Below are positions 1 to 9,920 of a stretch of 64,000 nt of DNA, piece by piece (positions within the stretch are counted from its first letter, which is position 1; every line of letters starts with the position of its first letter). Made by a program: the position numbers and the translations under genes. This stretch comes from Parcubacteria group bacterium. Lineage in GTDB: Bacteria; Patescibacteriota; Minisyncoccia; Moranbacterales; UBA11712. Location of the stretch: NCBI GenBank assembly GCA_041659685.1, contig JBAZXV010000001.1:97616-161615 (forward strand), in the 5' to 3' direction. The notes below the pieces were generated by a model. The model saw only the letters and a list, made by a program, of their open reading frames with translations, had not been told where the DNA came from and made no database searches.

Positions 1-29
1 TTTATGTCGGCGTAAAGCCGGAAAAAATA

Positions 30-197
30 ATGCAGCGGGAACGGAAACCGGACCAGGGAATGGGATATTTGGTGGAAAAAGAAAAGATATACAAACGTAA
101 AATTGAGGATTGGCAGATGATTGCGGTTGACGGTGAGGAAAAAAAAGAAGAAATATTTAATAAGATAAAATTCAAGATTTGGGGCGAAACTTCCTAA
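30..197 (+). CDS. hypothetical small charged protein (55 aa); its stop codon lies inside the 189-239 hairpin
   Basis: ATG at 30 reads in frame to TAA at 195-197 (MQRERKPDQGMGYLVEKEKIYKRK...WGETS). No recognisable domain. May be the tail of a gene beginning outside the window. Confidence 0.2.
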   Translation: MQRERKPDQGMGYLVEKEKIYKRKIEDWQMIAVDGEEKKEEIFNKIKFKIWGETS

Positions 198-239
198 CAC
201 CTGATGTTAGGACGCTCCTAACATCAGGTGTTAGGAAGT
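189..239. repeat. perfect 24-bp inverted repeat with a 3-nt loop (acttcctaacacctgatgttagga-cgc-tcctaacatcaggtgttaggaagt) ending 1 nt before the flippase ATG
   Basis: The two arms are exact reverse complements on reading. Each arm holds a CCTAACA(C/T)-N3-ATGTTAGG half-palindrome. The 3' arm contains the AGGAAG Shine-Dalgarno of the 241 start. Confidence 0.85.
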
Positions 240-240
240 A

Positions 241-1746
241 ATGTCAAAATTTCTCGTAAAATCTTTTTTTTGGGTAACTATCTCGGAGATTATCTATAAT
301 CTTTCCGCCTATGTCATTCATGCCGTAATGGGGCGGGTTTTGGGGCCGGCAGATTACGGGCGGTTCGGGATCATTGTTACTCTTACGACAATGACGGTCG
401 TTCTTATCGGGCAAAGCGTCCCGACGGCGATGTCAAAATATCTGAGTGAAGTCTTTGAAAAGGAAAAAGGATTAATCCCAGTCATTAAACGGCAAACGAT
501 TAAGATTCAGAGCGTAATCATCGGATCAGTGACTGTGATTTTTTTCTTCCTTTCGCCGGTTATTGCCCGAATTCTCAATGATTCTTCACTTACTAATCTT
601 TTTCGGCTTTCTTCTCTCGTGATCCCCGCTTTCGCCCTGGCCTCTTTCTATTTCTATTACTACACTGGAATTCACAAATTTAAAATTCAGGCTTTTCTCA
701 AGACGAACAGGGGCATCATGCGGATTGTTTTCATTATTGGCCTGGCGCTCTTCCTAAGGTCTCGCGGAATGGCACTCGAAGGAGCCATTCTCGGATACGT
801 AATTGCTCCGCTCTCGATTTTCTTCGAAGCTTTTGCTCTTGATCCGTACAGGAAATTATCTCCGAAAGGAAATTTTAACTGGAAAAAACTGGTTATTTTC
901 GCTTGGCCTGTCACGATTTTTCTTATCGCCTATCAGCTCCTTAACACGATCGATCTTTATCTCGTGAAGGGCATCCTGCGTTCCGACTTCCAGACGGGAA
1001 TATACAATGCCGCTTATACAGTGGGCACTATCCCCTATAATCTTTTTTACGCCCTTACCATAATTCTCCTGCCTTCGATTTCAAAATCAACTTCGGAAAA
1101 TAATTTTAGTGAAACAAAAAAAATCATTAGCCAATCACTGCGGTTCCTGGTCATGTTCCTTTTGCCTGTTTGTCTTTTAATGTCTTATTTCTCTCTTCCG
1201 ATCATTAAAATATTTTTCTCTTCAGAATACGCTCTTTCCGCGCCCGTAATGTCCGTTTATGTGATTGCGGAGGGATTTTTGACCGTGTTTTATGTTCTTA
1301 CTTTCATTCTGAACGGGGCCGGAAAAGTGAAACTGCCGATGATAACGGCGATTATCGGCCTGATGCTGAATTCATTTCTTACCTATTTTTTAATCAAAAG
1401 CTATGGGATTATGGGGGCGGCGGCCGGAACGGCGTTTATGGCGCTCGTGGTAATGACAGCGGGGCTTTACTATGCGTACCGGGAATTCGGATATTTGTTT
1501 AAGTTTTCGAGTTTTACCAAGATTATGCTGGCATCCGCCGCAATGTCCGCTCTGGCCTTTGTTTTTCCGAGAAACAACAATTATTTTATCGTTTGGTCGA
1601 TTCTTCTTTTCGGAATTTATTTTGCTATTCTCTATTTGCTTCGCGAAATCAGTGCCGGAGATCTGGCGCTGGTCCGAGAGATGGTCCGGCGCAAGAAATC
1701 AAGACGCGAAGAAATTCGGGATGTCGAGGGGATAGACGGAGAATAA
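241..1746 (+). CDS. polysaccharide biosynthesis protein / oligosaccharide flippase (MOP/Wzx-like polytopic membrane protein)
   Basis: 501 aa with ~12-14 hydrophobic segments and the typical Wzx-like layout. AGGAAG sits 5 nt upstream of the ATG. Confidence 0.65.
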   Translation: MSKFLVKSFFWVTISEIIYNLSAYVIHAVMGRVLGPADYGRFGIIVTLTTMTVVLIGQSVPTAMSKYLSEVFEKEKGLIPVIKRQTIKIQSVIIGSVTVIFFFLSPVIARILNDSSLTNLFRLSSLVIPAFALASFYFYYYTGIHKFKIQAFLKTNRGIMRIVFIIGLALFLRSRGMALEGAILGYVIAPLSIFFEAFALDPYRKLSPKGNFNWKKLVIFAWPVTIFLIAYQLLNTIDLYLVKGILRSDFQTGIYNAAYTVGTIPYNLFYALTIILLPSISKSTSENNFSETKKIISQSLRFLVMFLLPVCLLMSYFSLPIIKIFFSSEYALSAPVMSVYVIAEGFLTVFYVLTFILNGAGKVKLPMITAIIGLMLNSFLTYFLIKSYGIMGAAAGTAFMALVVMTAGLYYAYREFGYLFKFSSFTKIMLASAAMSALAFVFPRNNNYFIVWSILLFGIYFAILYLLREISAGDLALVREMVRRKKSRREEIRDVEGIDGE

Positions 1747-1900
1747 TCATATGAAAGACATATTTCTGATGCGGTCTGGGAAAATAATGCGAAATATTAA
1801 TTTCTGCCTTCGAAATAAAAGACCCTGATCCGGGCCTTTTTATTATTCGAAAAAATTGATATCTATTTATTTTTTGCGTCTCAGAAACACAGTCGGGATT

Positions 1901-2734
1901 CTATTTTTTTGCCAGTCGGACCGTGTTCCAAAGCAGCATGGCCACCGTCATAGGTCCGACTCCGCCGGGAACGGGCGTAATGAATGAGGCCTTTTTTGAA
2001 ACAGAAGAAAATTCGGCGTCACCGGAGAGTTTCTTTCCGTGCCGGTGAATTCCGGCGTCAATCACGACCGCTCCTTTCTTTACCATATTTCCTCTTATTA
2101 AATTCTCGACTCCGGTCGCGACAACCAAAATATCGGCTTTTTCGGTGTATTTTCCTAAGTTTTCGGTTTTGTCGTGGCAAATGGTTGCCGTTGCGCCTCT
2201 TCCGAGAAGCATTTCGGCCAGCGGCTTGCCGACAATATCGGAATATCCGACTACCACGGCATATTTTCCCGAAAGGGCGATCTTATATTCCTCAAAAATT
2301 TTTATAATTCCAATGGCGGTCGCCGGAATAACGGTGGATTTTTTTTCTCCGACCTGGAGAAACTTTCCGAAGTTCCGGTGATTGAGGCAATCCGCATCTT
2401 TTTTTGGATCGATTGACTCGATGATTTCATATTTGTCGAGATGTTTTGGGATGGGAAGCTGGAGAATAATTCCCGTGATTTTGTTGTCGCAGTTCAATTT
2501 TTCAATTTCAGCCATCAGTTTTATTTTTGAAATATTTGCAGGGAGAATCACTTCCCTGCTTCCGATTCCCACTTCTTCGCAGGATTTTTTCTTATTTCGG
2601 ACATAGATTTTCGAAGCCTCGTCGTTTCCGACAAGCACCATTGCCAAAACAGGCTTCTTTTTCATTTGGGAAACTTGCCTTTTGAGATTATTTTGTATCT
2701 TTTGAGCTAATCTTTTTCCGTCTAATAATTTCAT
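1901..2734 (-). CDS. folD: bifunctional methylenetetrahydrofolate dehydrogenase/cyclohydrolase
   Basis: Translation MKLLDGKRLAQKI...VGNDEASKIYVRNK...PVPGGVGPMTVAMLL is typical of FolD. Overlaps glyA by 4 nt. Confidence 0.9.
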   Translation of the reverse strand: MKLLDGKRLAQKIQNNLKRQVSQMKKKPVLAMVLVGNDEASKIYVRNKKKSCEEVGIGSREVILPANISKIKLMAEIEKLNCDNKITGIILQLPIPKHLDKYEIIESIDPKKDADCLNHRNFGKFLQVGEKKSTVIPATAIGIIKIFEEYKIALSGKYAVVVGYSDIVGKPLAEMLLGRGATATICHDKTENLGKYTEKADILVVATGVENLIRGNMVKKGAVVIDAGIHRHGKKLSGDAEFSSVSKKASFITPVPGGVGPMTVAMLLWNTVRLAKK

Positions 2735-4026
2735 AAGCCTTTATAAAGCGGAAATTCCTGGCACAACTGAGTAACCACTCCCGCGCATTTTCTGACGTTC
2801 TTTTTATTTTCGAGAGTGTCGGCAATAGCATTTCCGAGGATTTCCATCTCTTTCTCCTTCATTCCGCGAATAGTTACGCAAGGCGTGCCAAGGCGAATGC
2901 CGCTGGGGTTATAGGGAGGGTTTGGGTCATGCGGTATGGCATTTTTATTGAGAGAAATCCCGATTTTTTCAAGTCTTTCTTCGGCTTCCTTGCCGGCAAT
3001 TCCAAACGGCGTAACGTCCATCAGAATCAGATGATTGTCAGTTCCGCCGGTCATAAGCCGGAGACCGCGCGCATTAAAAATCTCGGCCAGCTTCTGGGCG
3101 TTTTTAATGACCTGCTTGGCCCAATCCCTGAATTCCTTCGTGGAAGCTTCCTTAAGGGCAATCGCGATTCCTGCAATCGTGTGCATGTGGGGTCCGCCCT
3201 GAAGGCCCGGGAAAATGGAACGGTCTATAAGGGTCGGCAAATCCTTTCGGGTGGGATTTTTGACTGGCCTTAAGGGGTCGGACGGATCGCCGTTGCACAT
3301 TATCATGCCGGCTCTCGGGCCGCGAAGGGTCTTGTGGGTCGTTGTCGTGACGATATCGGCTATTCCCACCGGGCTCGGGTGCACGCCTGCCGCAACAAGT
3401 CCGGCGATGTGGGCGATGTCGGCCAAAAGATAAGCCCCGACTTTTTTCGCAATGCCTGCGAATTTTTGGAAATCAATCACCCGCGGGTAGGCTGTATAGC
3501 CGCAAATAATCACTTTGGGCTTGTGTTCTTTCGCCAGTCTTTCAATTTCTTCAAAATCGATAAAGCCGTTTTTATCCGTCGTATATTGAACGGAATTAAA
3601 ATATTTTCCGGTGACGCTTACTTTCCAGCCGTGGGTGAGATGGCCTCCGAAACGAAGATCCATCCCCATGATCGTGTCGCCGGGAGCGCAAACGGCGTTC
3701 AGGGCCGCGAAATTAGCCGGCGAGCCTGAATATGGCTGGACATTGGCATGGTCAACCTTGAAAAGCGATTTTGCGCGCCTAATGGCGATTTGCTCCACGA
3801 TGTCGGTGTATTTTTGTCCGCCGTAATATCTTTTTTTCGGAAAACCTTCGGAATACTTATTTTCAAAAACAGAGCCGATAGCTTCGAGAACCGCCCGCGA
3901 AGCATAAGATTCGGAAGGAATCATTTCGAGCCCATTTTGCTGGCGGTCGAGTTCTCCCGTCACGGCGCTGAAAACTTCTTTGTCCTCCGCTTTGATATGT
4001 TTATATACCTGGTCGCGCTGTTTCAT
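2731..4026 (-). CDS. glyA: serine hydroxymethyltransferase
   Basis: SHMT motifs GGHLTHG and TTTTHKTLRGPR (PLP-binding lysine region). Confidence 0.95.
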   Translation of the reverse strand: MKQRDQVYKHIKAEDKEVFSAVTGELDRQQNGLEMIPSESYASRAVLEAIGSVFENKYSEGFPKKRYYGGQKYTDIVEQIAIRRAKSLFKVDHANVQPYSGSPANFAALNAVCAPGDTIMGMDLRFGGHLTHGWKVSVTGKYFNSVQYTTDKNGFIDFEEIERLAKEHKPKVIICGYTAYPRVIDFQKFAGIAKKVGAYLLADIAHIAGLVAAGVHPSPVGIADIVTTTTHKTLRGPRAGMIMCNGDPSDPLRPVKNPTRKDLPTLIDRSIFPGLQGGPHMHTIAGIAIALKEASTKEFRDWAKQVIKNAQKLAEIFNARGLRLMTGGTDNHLILMDVTPFGIAGKEAEERLEKIGISLNKNAIPHDPNPPYNPSGIRLGTPCVTIRGMKEKEMEILGNAIADTLENKKNVRKCAGVVTQLCQEFPLYKGL

Positions 4027-4244
4027 TTTATTTGATTTAGTTATTTATTTTTTTAGGTGAAATATATTAATTCCACTTTAATTTCTTCTTAAGAAAGCTT
4101 AATTATGTTAATATAGTAACAAATAAGGAAGGCTAAAGCAAATGCTTGTCCCGTTATAAATCTTATTTTTGCTCGGCAATTTAGCGGGAAAACATTGTCT
4201 TTTCATAAAGCCGGTTTATTTCCAAGAATGTTATTTCTAACAGG

Positions 4245-5141
4245 ATGAAAGAATCAATTTTGTATGAAAAACTAGAGAAAAAAAGAGTGCGATGCAAAAC
4301 TTGCAGTCATTATTGCTCTATTGCGCCGGCGAAGCGCGGAATTTGCGGAGTGCGGGAGAATATCGGCGGAAAACTTTATTTTCTTCCCTACGGACGGGCG
4401 ATTGCGACTCAGATTGACCCGATCGAAAAAAAGCCGCTCTATCATTTTATGCCCGGGACGAAAACATTCTCAGTCGCCACTGTCGGATGCAACTTGCGAT
4501 GCGGCAATTGTCAAAACTGGTCGATTTCGCAATTTCCGAAAAATCCCAAAATAACGCGCGAGCTGATAGAAAAAAGCGGAGACGATTTGCCTCCGAAAGA
4601 AATTGTGCGGCTTGCCAAAGAATTCGGCTGTCCAAGCATCTCCTATACCTATACCGAGCCGACAATTTTTCTTGAATACGCGCTTGATACGATGAAACTG
4701 GCAAAAAAAGCCGGCCTCAAAAATGTTTGGGTTTCGAACGGGTTTATGAGCGAGGAAACATTTTCCGTCGCCCAGCCCTATCTTGATGCGATAAACATTG
4801 ACATAAAGTCATTTGAAGAAAAATTCTATCGTGAAGATTGCGGTGCCCGTCTCCAGCCGGTTCTTGAGAATTGCAAAAGAGCCGCAAAGGACAATATCTG
4901 GCTTGAAATAACAACGCTTATCATCCCAGGTCTGTCGGACGGCGAAAAAATGCTTCACAAAATCGCAAATTTCATCAAAAATGAACTGGGAGACTCCGTG
5001 CCCTGGCACATTAGCGCATTTTCCGGCGCGATTTCCTGGAAACTGGGGCATCTTCCCGATACGCCTCTTGAAAAAATGAAGGAAGCATGCGAAATTGGAA
5101 AATCAGAAGGACTTAAATATGTCCATATGGGAAATATATGA
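4245..5141 (+). CDS. AmmeMemoRadiSam system radical SAM enzyme
   Basis: Cys-rich N-terminus plus a CxxxCxxC-like cluster (CNLRCGNC). Immediately followed by Memo-like and AMMECR1 genes with overlapping start and stop. Confidence 0.75.
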   Translation: MKESILYEKLEKKRVRCKTCSHYCSIAPAKRGICGVRENIGGKLYFLPYGRAIATQIDPIEKKPLYHFMPGTKTFSVATVGCNLRCGNCQNWSISQFPKNPKITRELIEKSGDDLPPKEIVRLAKEFGCPSISYTYTEPTIFLEYALDTMKLAKKAGLKNVWVSNGFMSEETFSVAQPYLDAINIDIKSFEEKFYREDCGARLQPVLENCKRAAKDNIWLEITTLIIPGLSDGEKMLHKIANFIKNELGDSVPWHISAFSGAISWKLGHLPDTPLEKMKEACEIGKSEGLKYVHMGNI

Positions 5142-5935
5142 TTAGATTTTCAGCCATCACTCCTCATCCCCCGATTATTATTCCGGCAATAGGTCGGAAC
5201 GACTTGAATTTATGCCGAAAAACCGTGAACGCCATGAAAGCGATTGGGGAAAAATTTCGAGCGGTAAAATCCGAGACGGTTGTCTTAATCTCTCCGCACG
5301 GGCCGGTTCAGTATGATAAATTTATTATAAATTATTCTCCCATCCTGCGCGGCGATCTGAGTCAGTTTGGCGACAATCGGAATTTTGCCTTTGAAAACGA
5401 CAGGGAGTTGGTTGATGAAATAGCCTCTGAACTCAGGAACGGATATGCTCCGGTCGGCTTTGCGCGGGAGCTAAAACTTGATCACGGGGCGCTGGTTCCT
5501 CTTCACTATCTCATGAATCCAAAAGACATAAGTTACAATCCTAAATTGATTCACATGTCATTTTCAATGCTTCCTCTTGATTTTCATTATCGTTTCGGCC
5601 AAATTATGGGCAGGATATTACAGGCTTCAAAAAAGACTGTTTCTATCATCGCCAGCGGAGATATGTCTCATCGGGTAACAGTTGACGCGCCGGCCGGATA
5701 TTCGCCCCAGGGAAGGGTTTTTGACAAGCATCTGGAGGCGCTTATCAAACAAAAAAACATTAAAGGAATCCTGAATGTCGATAAGGATTTGGTTGAGGAA
5801 GCCGGAGAATGCGGACTTCGCTCAGTAGTTATGATGCTGGGAGCGATTTCAGAATTGCGGTGGGAAATAAAATCGATGAGTTATGAAGCTCCTTTTGGCG
5901 TGGGATACCTGACAGCGAGTATAAATATAAAATAA
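5138..5935 (+). CDS. AmmeMemoRadiSam system protein B (MEMO1-like / class III extradiol dioxygenase subunit B-like fold)
   Basis: N-terminus FSAITPHPPIIIPAIG and the His-rich pattern typical of Memo family. 4-nt overlap with the upstream radical SAM gene. Confidence 0.7.
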   Translation: MIRFSAITPHPPIIIPAIGRNDLNLCRKTVNAMKAIGEKFRAVKSETVVLISPHGPVQYDKFIINYSPILRGDLSQFGDNRNFAFENDRELVDEIASELRNGYAPVGFARELKLDHGALVPLHYLMNPKDISYNPKLIHMSFSMLPLDFHYRFGQIMGRILQASKKTVSIIASGDMSHRVTVDAPAGYSPQGRVFDKHLEALIKQKNIKGILNVDKDLVEEAGECGLRSVVMMLGAISELRWEIKSMSYEAPFGVGYLTASINIK

Positions 5936-5976
5936 TTAAAATCCCGCCGTTCGCCAAAGCGGCGCGGACTATCCGC

Positions 5977-6495
5977 ATGAATTATCACGTACAGCTGGCT
6001 AAATCCGCCATTGAAGAATATGTCAGGTCGGAAAAAATTATTGACGTTCCGGAAAATCTTCCGGCGGAATTCTACAAAAAAAATGGCGGCGTCTTTGTGA
6101 CGATTTCAGGCGGAGAAGGCCTCCGCGGATGCGTCGGAACATACTCGCCGGCCTACGCCAGTCTTGCCGAAGAAATAATAATGAATGCGGTCGCGGCCTG
6201 TTCGCATGACGACCGTTTCTCCCCGATCTCTCCTGAAGAATTGCCGGAACTTTCACTGGAAGTCAGCCTTTTGAACAGCCCCCGAAAAATTTCCGGCCTT
6301 TTGGAGCTTGATCCAAAAAAATATGGCGTTATCGTGAAGTGTCCTGACGGACGCTGCGGCCTCCTTCTTCCCGATCTTCAGGGAGTGGACAATGTCGAGC
6401 GGCAATTTTCGATTGCCTGCCAGAAAGGGAGAATCAGTCCGGATGATGGAAAAGAGATGGAAATATGGCGATTCGAAGTAAAAAAATACAAGTAA
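5977..6495 (+). CDS. AMMECR1 domain protein (AmmeMemoRadiSam system protein A)
   Basis: The GCVGTYSP-like motif (RGCVGTYSP) characteristic of AMMECR1. Confidence 0.75.
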   Translation: MNYHVQLAKSAIEEYVRSEKIIDVPENLPAEFYKKNGGVFVTISGGEGLRGCVGTYSPAYASLAEEIIMNAVAACSHDDRFSPISPEELPELSLEVSLLNSPRKISGLLELDPKKYGVIVKCPDGRCGLLLPDLQGVDNVERQFSIACQKGRISPDDGKEMEIWRFEVKKYK

Positions 6496-6501
6496 AACTT
6501 A

Positions 6502-8433
6502 ATGGAAAAGAAAAAATATATTATCCAAGTCGCGCCGATTATCCCCCTTCCTGTCTCAAAAAATCAGGTTTTTTCCTATGAATTCGATGAATTTCTTGAT
6601 AAAGGAGCCCTTGTGTCAGCCCCTTTTTATTATCGGCAGATCGAAGGAGTGGTTATTGCTTCTTCAGGATATTTTTCACATGAAGGATAATTTAAGCTGA
6701 AAAAAATCACGAAAGTAATTGAACCGGATTTCCTGACCGCGAAACAGATCGAGCTTGCGAACCACCTATCCCTTTATTATTTGGCTCCTCTTGGCATAGT
6801 CCTCAGGTCAATGCTTCCAAAACGAGTCATCCGGCGCGGAGAGAAGGAAAATATATTGAAAAAAGAAAATCCCGATATTACTAAGGCGAAAGGCGTTTTC
6901 AAGCCGAAAAAACAAGAGACTATTGCCATCATCGGCGGAAAAAATAAGAGGAAGGAATATGTCATAAAAATCATAAAGAAAACATTACGGTCCAAAAAAC
7001 AATGCCTGATTCTTGTTCCGGAAATATTTCACGCCTTCGAACTCTCGGAACAGATCAGGAAAATTTTTCCCGGCGAAGAAATATCTCTCATCCACAGCAA
7101 GGTGGCAAAAGGAAAAATTTATCGGGATTGGAAAAAAATAAAAAATAATGACATCAAGATAATTATTTCCACAAAAGTAGGTGTTTTTCTTCCTTTTTAC
7201 GGACTGGGAGCCGTCGTGGCTGTCGAACCTCAGGATGTTTCCCATAAACAAAGCGAAGCCATGCCCCGTTTTAACGCGGTCTTCGCCGCTGAATTCCTGG
7301 CGAAAAACCATCAGGCGAAAATGCTGTTCAGCGGCAGTATTTTGCCGATAACAAATTATCCGGATTCTGAAGGCCGTCAGCCGACTGTTATCAATTTTCG
7401 AAAAAAAATCGCGGAGCCCAAGGTTGAAGTGGTGAATTTGGCTCTTGAAAAGAAAAAGGCGGATTTTCCGATTTCGGAAGTCCTTTACCAGAATCTTGCC
7501 CGGTCGATAAACTCAAAAAAGCAATCCATTGTTCTTGTGAATAGGAAAGGTCTTTCGACCTTTTCAAAATGCCAGAGCTGCAGTCAGATCCTGAAATGTC
7601 CGAAGTGCAAAAAAGCACTGGTTTATTTTGAAGAACATGAAGAATACCGTTGTCTTCATTGTTCCCATAAAATCGATCTTTTGAGTTCCTGTCCGAACTG
7701 CGGCGGATACCAATTTTCTCACTACGGAATCGGGATTCAAATGGTGGAAAAAAAGCTGAAGAATTTTTTCCCTTCGGTTGTTGTTTCGCGGCTTGATTCG
7801 GACGTGATGAAAAGCTCCAAAAAATATAAGCGTATAAAAGATGACTTTGAGAGCGGGAAAATCAGCATCCTCGTCGGAACACAGATCGCCGTAAGGGACA
7901 TTACCGGAAAAAACCTGAGTTTAGTCGGTGTCGCCGCTGTTCATGATTTTTTTAACCTTCCCGACTTTGGCACCAGAGAAGCGGCGCTATCAAGCCTTTT
8001 TCAGGCAAAAGATTTGCTGGACAAGGACGGTACGCTGGTCCTTCAGACATTTTTACCCAATGATCCGGTAATAAGCTATCTTGGAAGCGAAGACCAGGAA
8101 AGTTTCCTCGAAAACGAAATGAAGTTTCGAAAAAAAATGAATTATCCCCCGTTTAAAAAAATAATAAAACTGGTTTACCGGAGTGATTCGAAAAAAAACG
8201 CCGTCAGAGAGGCAAAAAAAATATTTGACGATATGATGAACGGGGGTGATAATAATATAGAAATAAGCGAACCCTACGAATCCATGTCATCAGGAAAAAG
8301 GGGCTTGTTTCTGATAAATATACTGATAAAAATCCCACCCGACAAAAATTTAGCGGACTTTTCGATTTTTCCGATCGTAAGAGGCCTTAAGAAGGGATGG
8401 GCTGTCGACATTGATCCGGTTTCAATAATTTGA
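6502..8433 (+). CDS. priA: primosomal protein N' (PriA) homolog split by an in-frame TAA (6688-6690), with degenerate Walker A/B
   Basis: ORFs 6502-6690 and 6781-8433 are in the same frame, separated by a single TAA. The junction reads SHEG*FKLKKITKVIEPDFLTAKQIELANHLSLYYLAPLG, matching the continuous PriA N-terminal region. The C-terminal half has the PriA Cys4 zinc motifs (CQSCSQILKCPKCKK...CLHCSH...CPNCGG). The P-loop position reads IIGGKNKRKEY instead of GxGKT, and the DEEH position reads VEPQD. Confidence 0.6.
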
Positions 8434-8446
8434 TTAATATAAGGCA

Positions 8447-8908
8447 ATGCCAACCAGGGCAAAATTAAAAATTATCAAATTTCCCGATGACTTTCTCCGC
8501 AGAAAAACGCGAAAAGTCGAAGAGTTTAAGGACGCCAATCTGCAAAGTCTTGTTTTCGATATGCTTAAAACCATGGAAATTGAAAAAGGAATCGGGCTGG
8601 CGGCTCCCCAGGTCGGGTCGGATTTGAGAATTTGCGTTATAAAAGTCGATAATACGCCCTATATACTGATAAATCCCGAAATAAAATCGTTTTCGCGCAA
8701 GAAAGAGATTTCTGAAGAAGGGTGTCTCAGTTTCCCGGGAAAATATTTTCCGGTGGAGCGTCCCGTGAAAGTCAAAATAAAAGCCCGGGATCTCAAGGGA
8801 AAGAAAATGAAAATAAAAGCGGACGGTCTTCTGGCCCGGGTGCTCCAGCATGAAATTGACCACCTGGACGGCGTTCTGATAATCGACAGGACTATGAAAA
8901 ACTTTTAA
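8447..8908 (+). CDS. def: peptide deformylase
   Basis: Motifs GIGLAAPQVG, EGCLSFPG and QHEIDHLDG. Confidence 0.92.
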   Translation: MPTRAKLKIIKFPDDFLRRKTRKVEEFKDANLQSLVFDMLKTMEIEKGIGLAAPQVGSDLRICVIKVDNTPYILINPEIKSFSRKKEISEEGCLSFPGKYFPVERPVKVKIKARDLKGKKMKIKADGLLARVLQHEIDHLDGVLIIDRTMKNF

Positions 8909-8947
8909 ATCGCCGGAAAAGCGGGAGAATTATCTTTTTTCAGAAAA

Positions 8948-9904
8948 ATGCCAATGGATGCAAAAGGAATAAAAATTATTTATTTTGGAACCTCGCATTT
9001 TGCGGAGATTATACTGGACAAGCTGATATCTGAAGGCTTCGAAATTATTGCAGTTGTCACGCAGCCGGACAAAAAAGCAGGAAGAAAACAGATGTATGTC
9101 AGCTCCCCGGTGAAACAGCTTAGTGAAAAATATAGCATCAGCGTTCTTCAGCCCGACACTTTCAATGACGAAGCCATCATTCGGAAGCTTGGAAATATGA
9201 AGCCGGATCTTTTTGTTGTAGCTTCGTATGGCAAGATATTGCCGAAAGCCGTTCTTGGGGTGCCCCGGTTCGGATGCATCAATATCCACGCTTCCCTTCT
9301 TCCGAAATATCGCGGAGCCTCTCCCATTCAAAACGCAATTCTTAACGGAGAAAAAGAAACGGGAGTCACTCTCATGCTCATGAATGAGAAAATGGATCAG
9401 GGCGACATCATTGCTCAGGAGAGCGTAGACATAAAAAAAGCAGAAAATACCGAGATGCTTTCCGAGAGGCTGGCGAAGGTCGGCGCCGAATTGACGGTCA
9501 GAACCGTTCCTCTTTGGACAGGCGGAAAAATAAAGGCAAAAAAACAAGACGAAAATCTTGCGACCTATTGCCGGCCGATAAGAAAGGAAGACGGAAGGAT
9601 CGATTGGAGAAATTCCGCGGAAGAGATAGAGCGGCGCTTTCTGGCTTTCCAGATTTGGCCTGGAATATGGACAGAAATAAAACAAAATTCAAAAAGACTT
9701 AAACTTCTCAGCATAAAACCGGAAGGTGAAAGCATGGGTGGCGAAGATGCCGGAAAAGTTATAAAATACGATCAAAAGGCAGCAGTTCAAACCGGAAAAG
9801 GAATTATAATTTTGGAAGAAGTTCAACTGGAAGGGAAAAAGGCGGTTCCTATTAGCGATTTTCTCAAAGGAAATCAAAATTTCATCGGCAGCCGGATTGG
9901 CTAA
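8948..9904 (+). CDS. fmt: methionyl-tRNA formyltransferase
   Basis: Formyltransferase N-domain (IIYFGTSHFA...VVTQPDK) and C-domain, in def-fmt order. Confidence 0.9.
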   Translation: MPMDAKGIKIIYFGTSHFAEIILDKLISEGFEIIAVVTQPDKKAGRKQMYVSSPVKQLSEKYSISVLQPDTFNDEAIIRKLGNMKPDLFVVASYGKILPKAVLGVPRFGCINIHASLLPKYRGASPIQNAILNGEKETGVTLMLMNEKMDQGDIIAQESVDIKKAENTEMLSERLAKVGAELTVRTVPLWTGGKIKAKKQDENLATYCRPIRKEDGRIDWRNSAEEIERRFLAFQIWPGIWTEIKQNSKRLKLLSIKPEGESMGGEDAGKVIKYDQKAAVQTGKGIIILEEVQLEGKKAVPISDFLKGNQNFIGSRIG

Positions 9905-9920
9905 AATATAAACAAAAAAA

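Noticed and set aside
1984-2606. Multiple plus-strand ORFs (107, 78, 80, 74 aa) inside folD
   Set aside because: They sit antisense to a confidently identified folD with full-length homology. They are low-complexity Arg/Phe-rich shadow ORFs.
4027-4244. Possible ZTP or other riboswitch in the glyA-folD leader
   Set aside because: The leader has none of the conserved ZTP (pfl) blocks (GGGUCGUGAC...CCGGGCGGA...CCGCCUGGGCA). It is simply AT-rich divergent promoter DNA.
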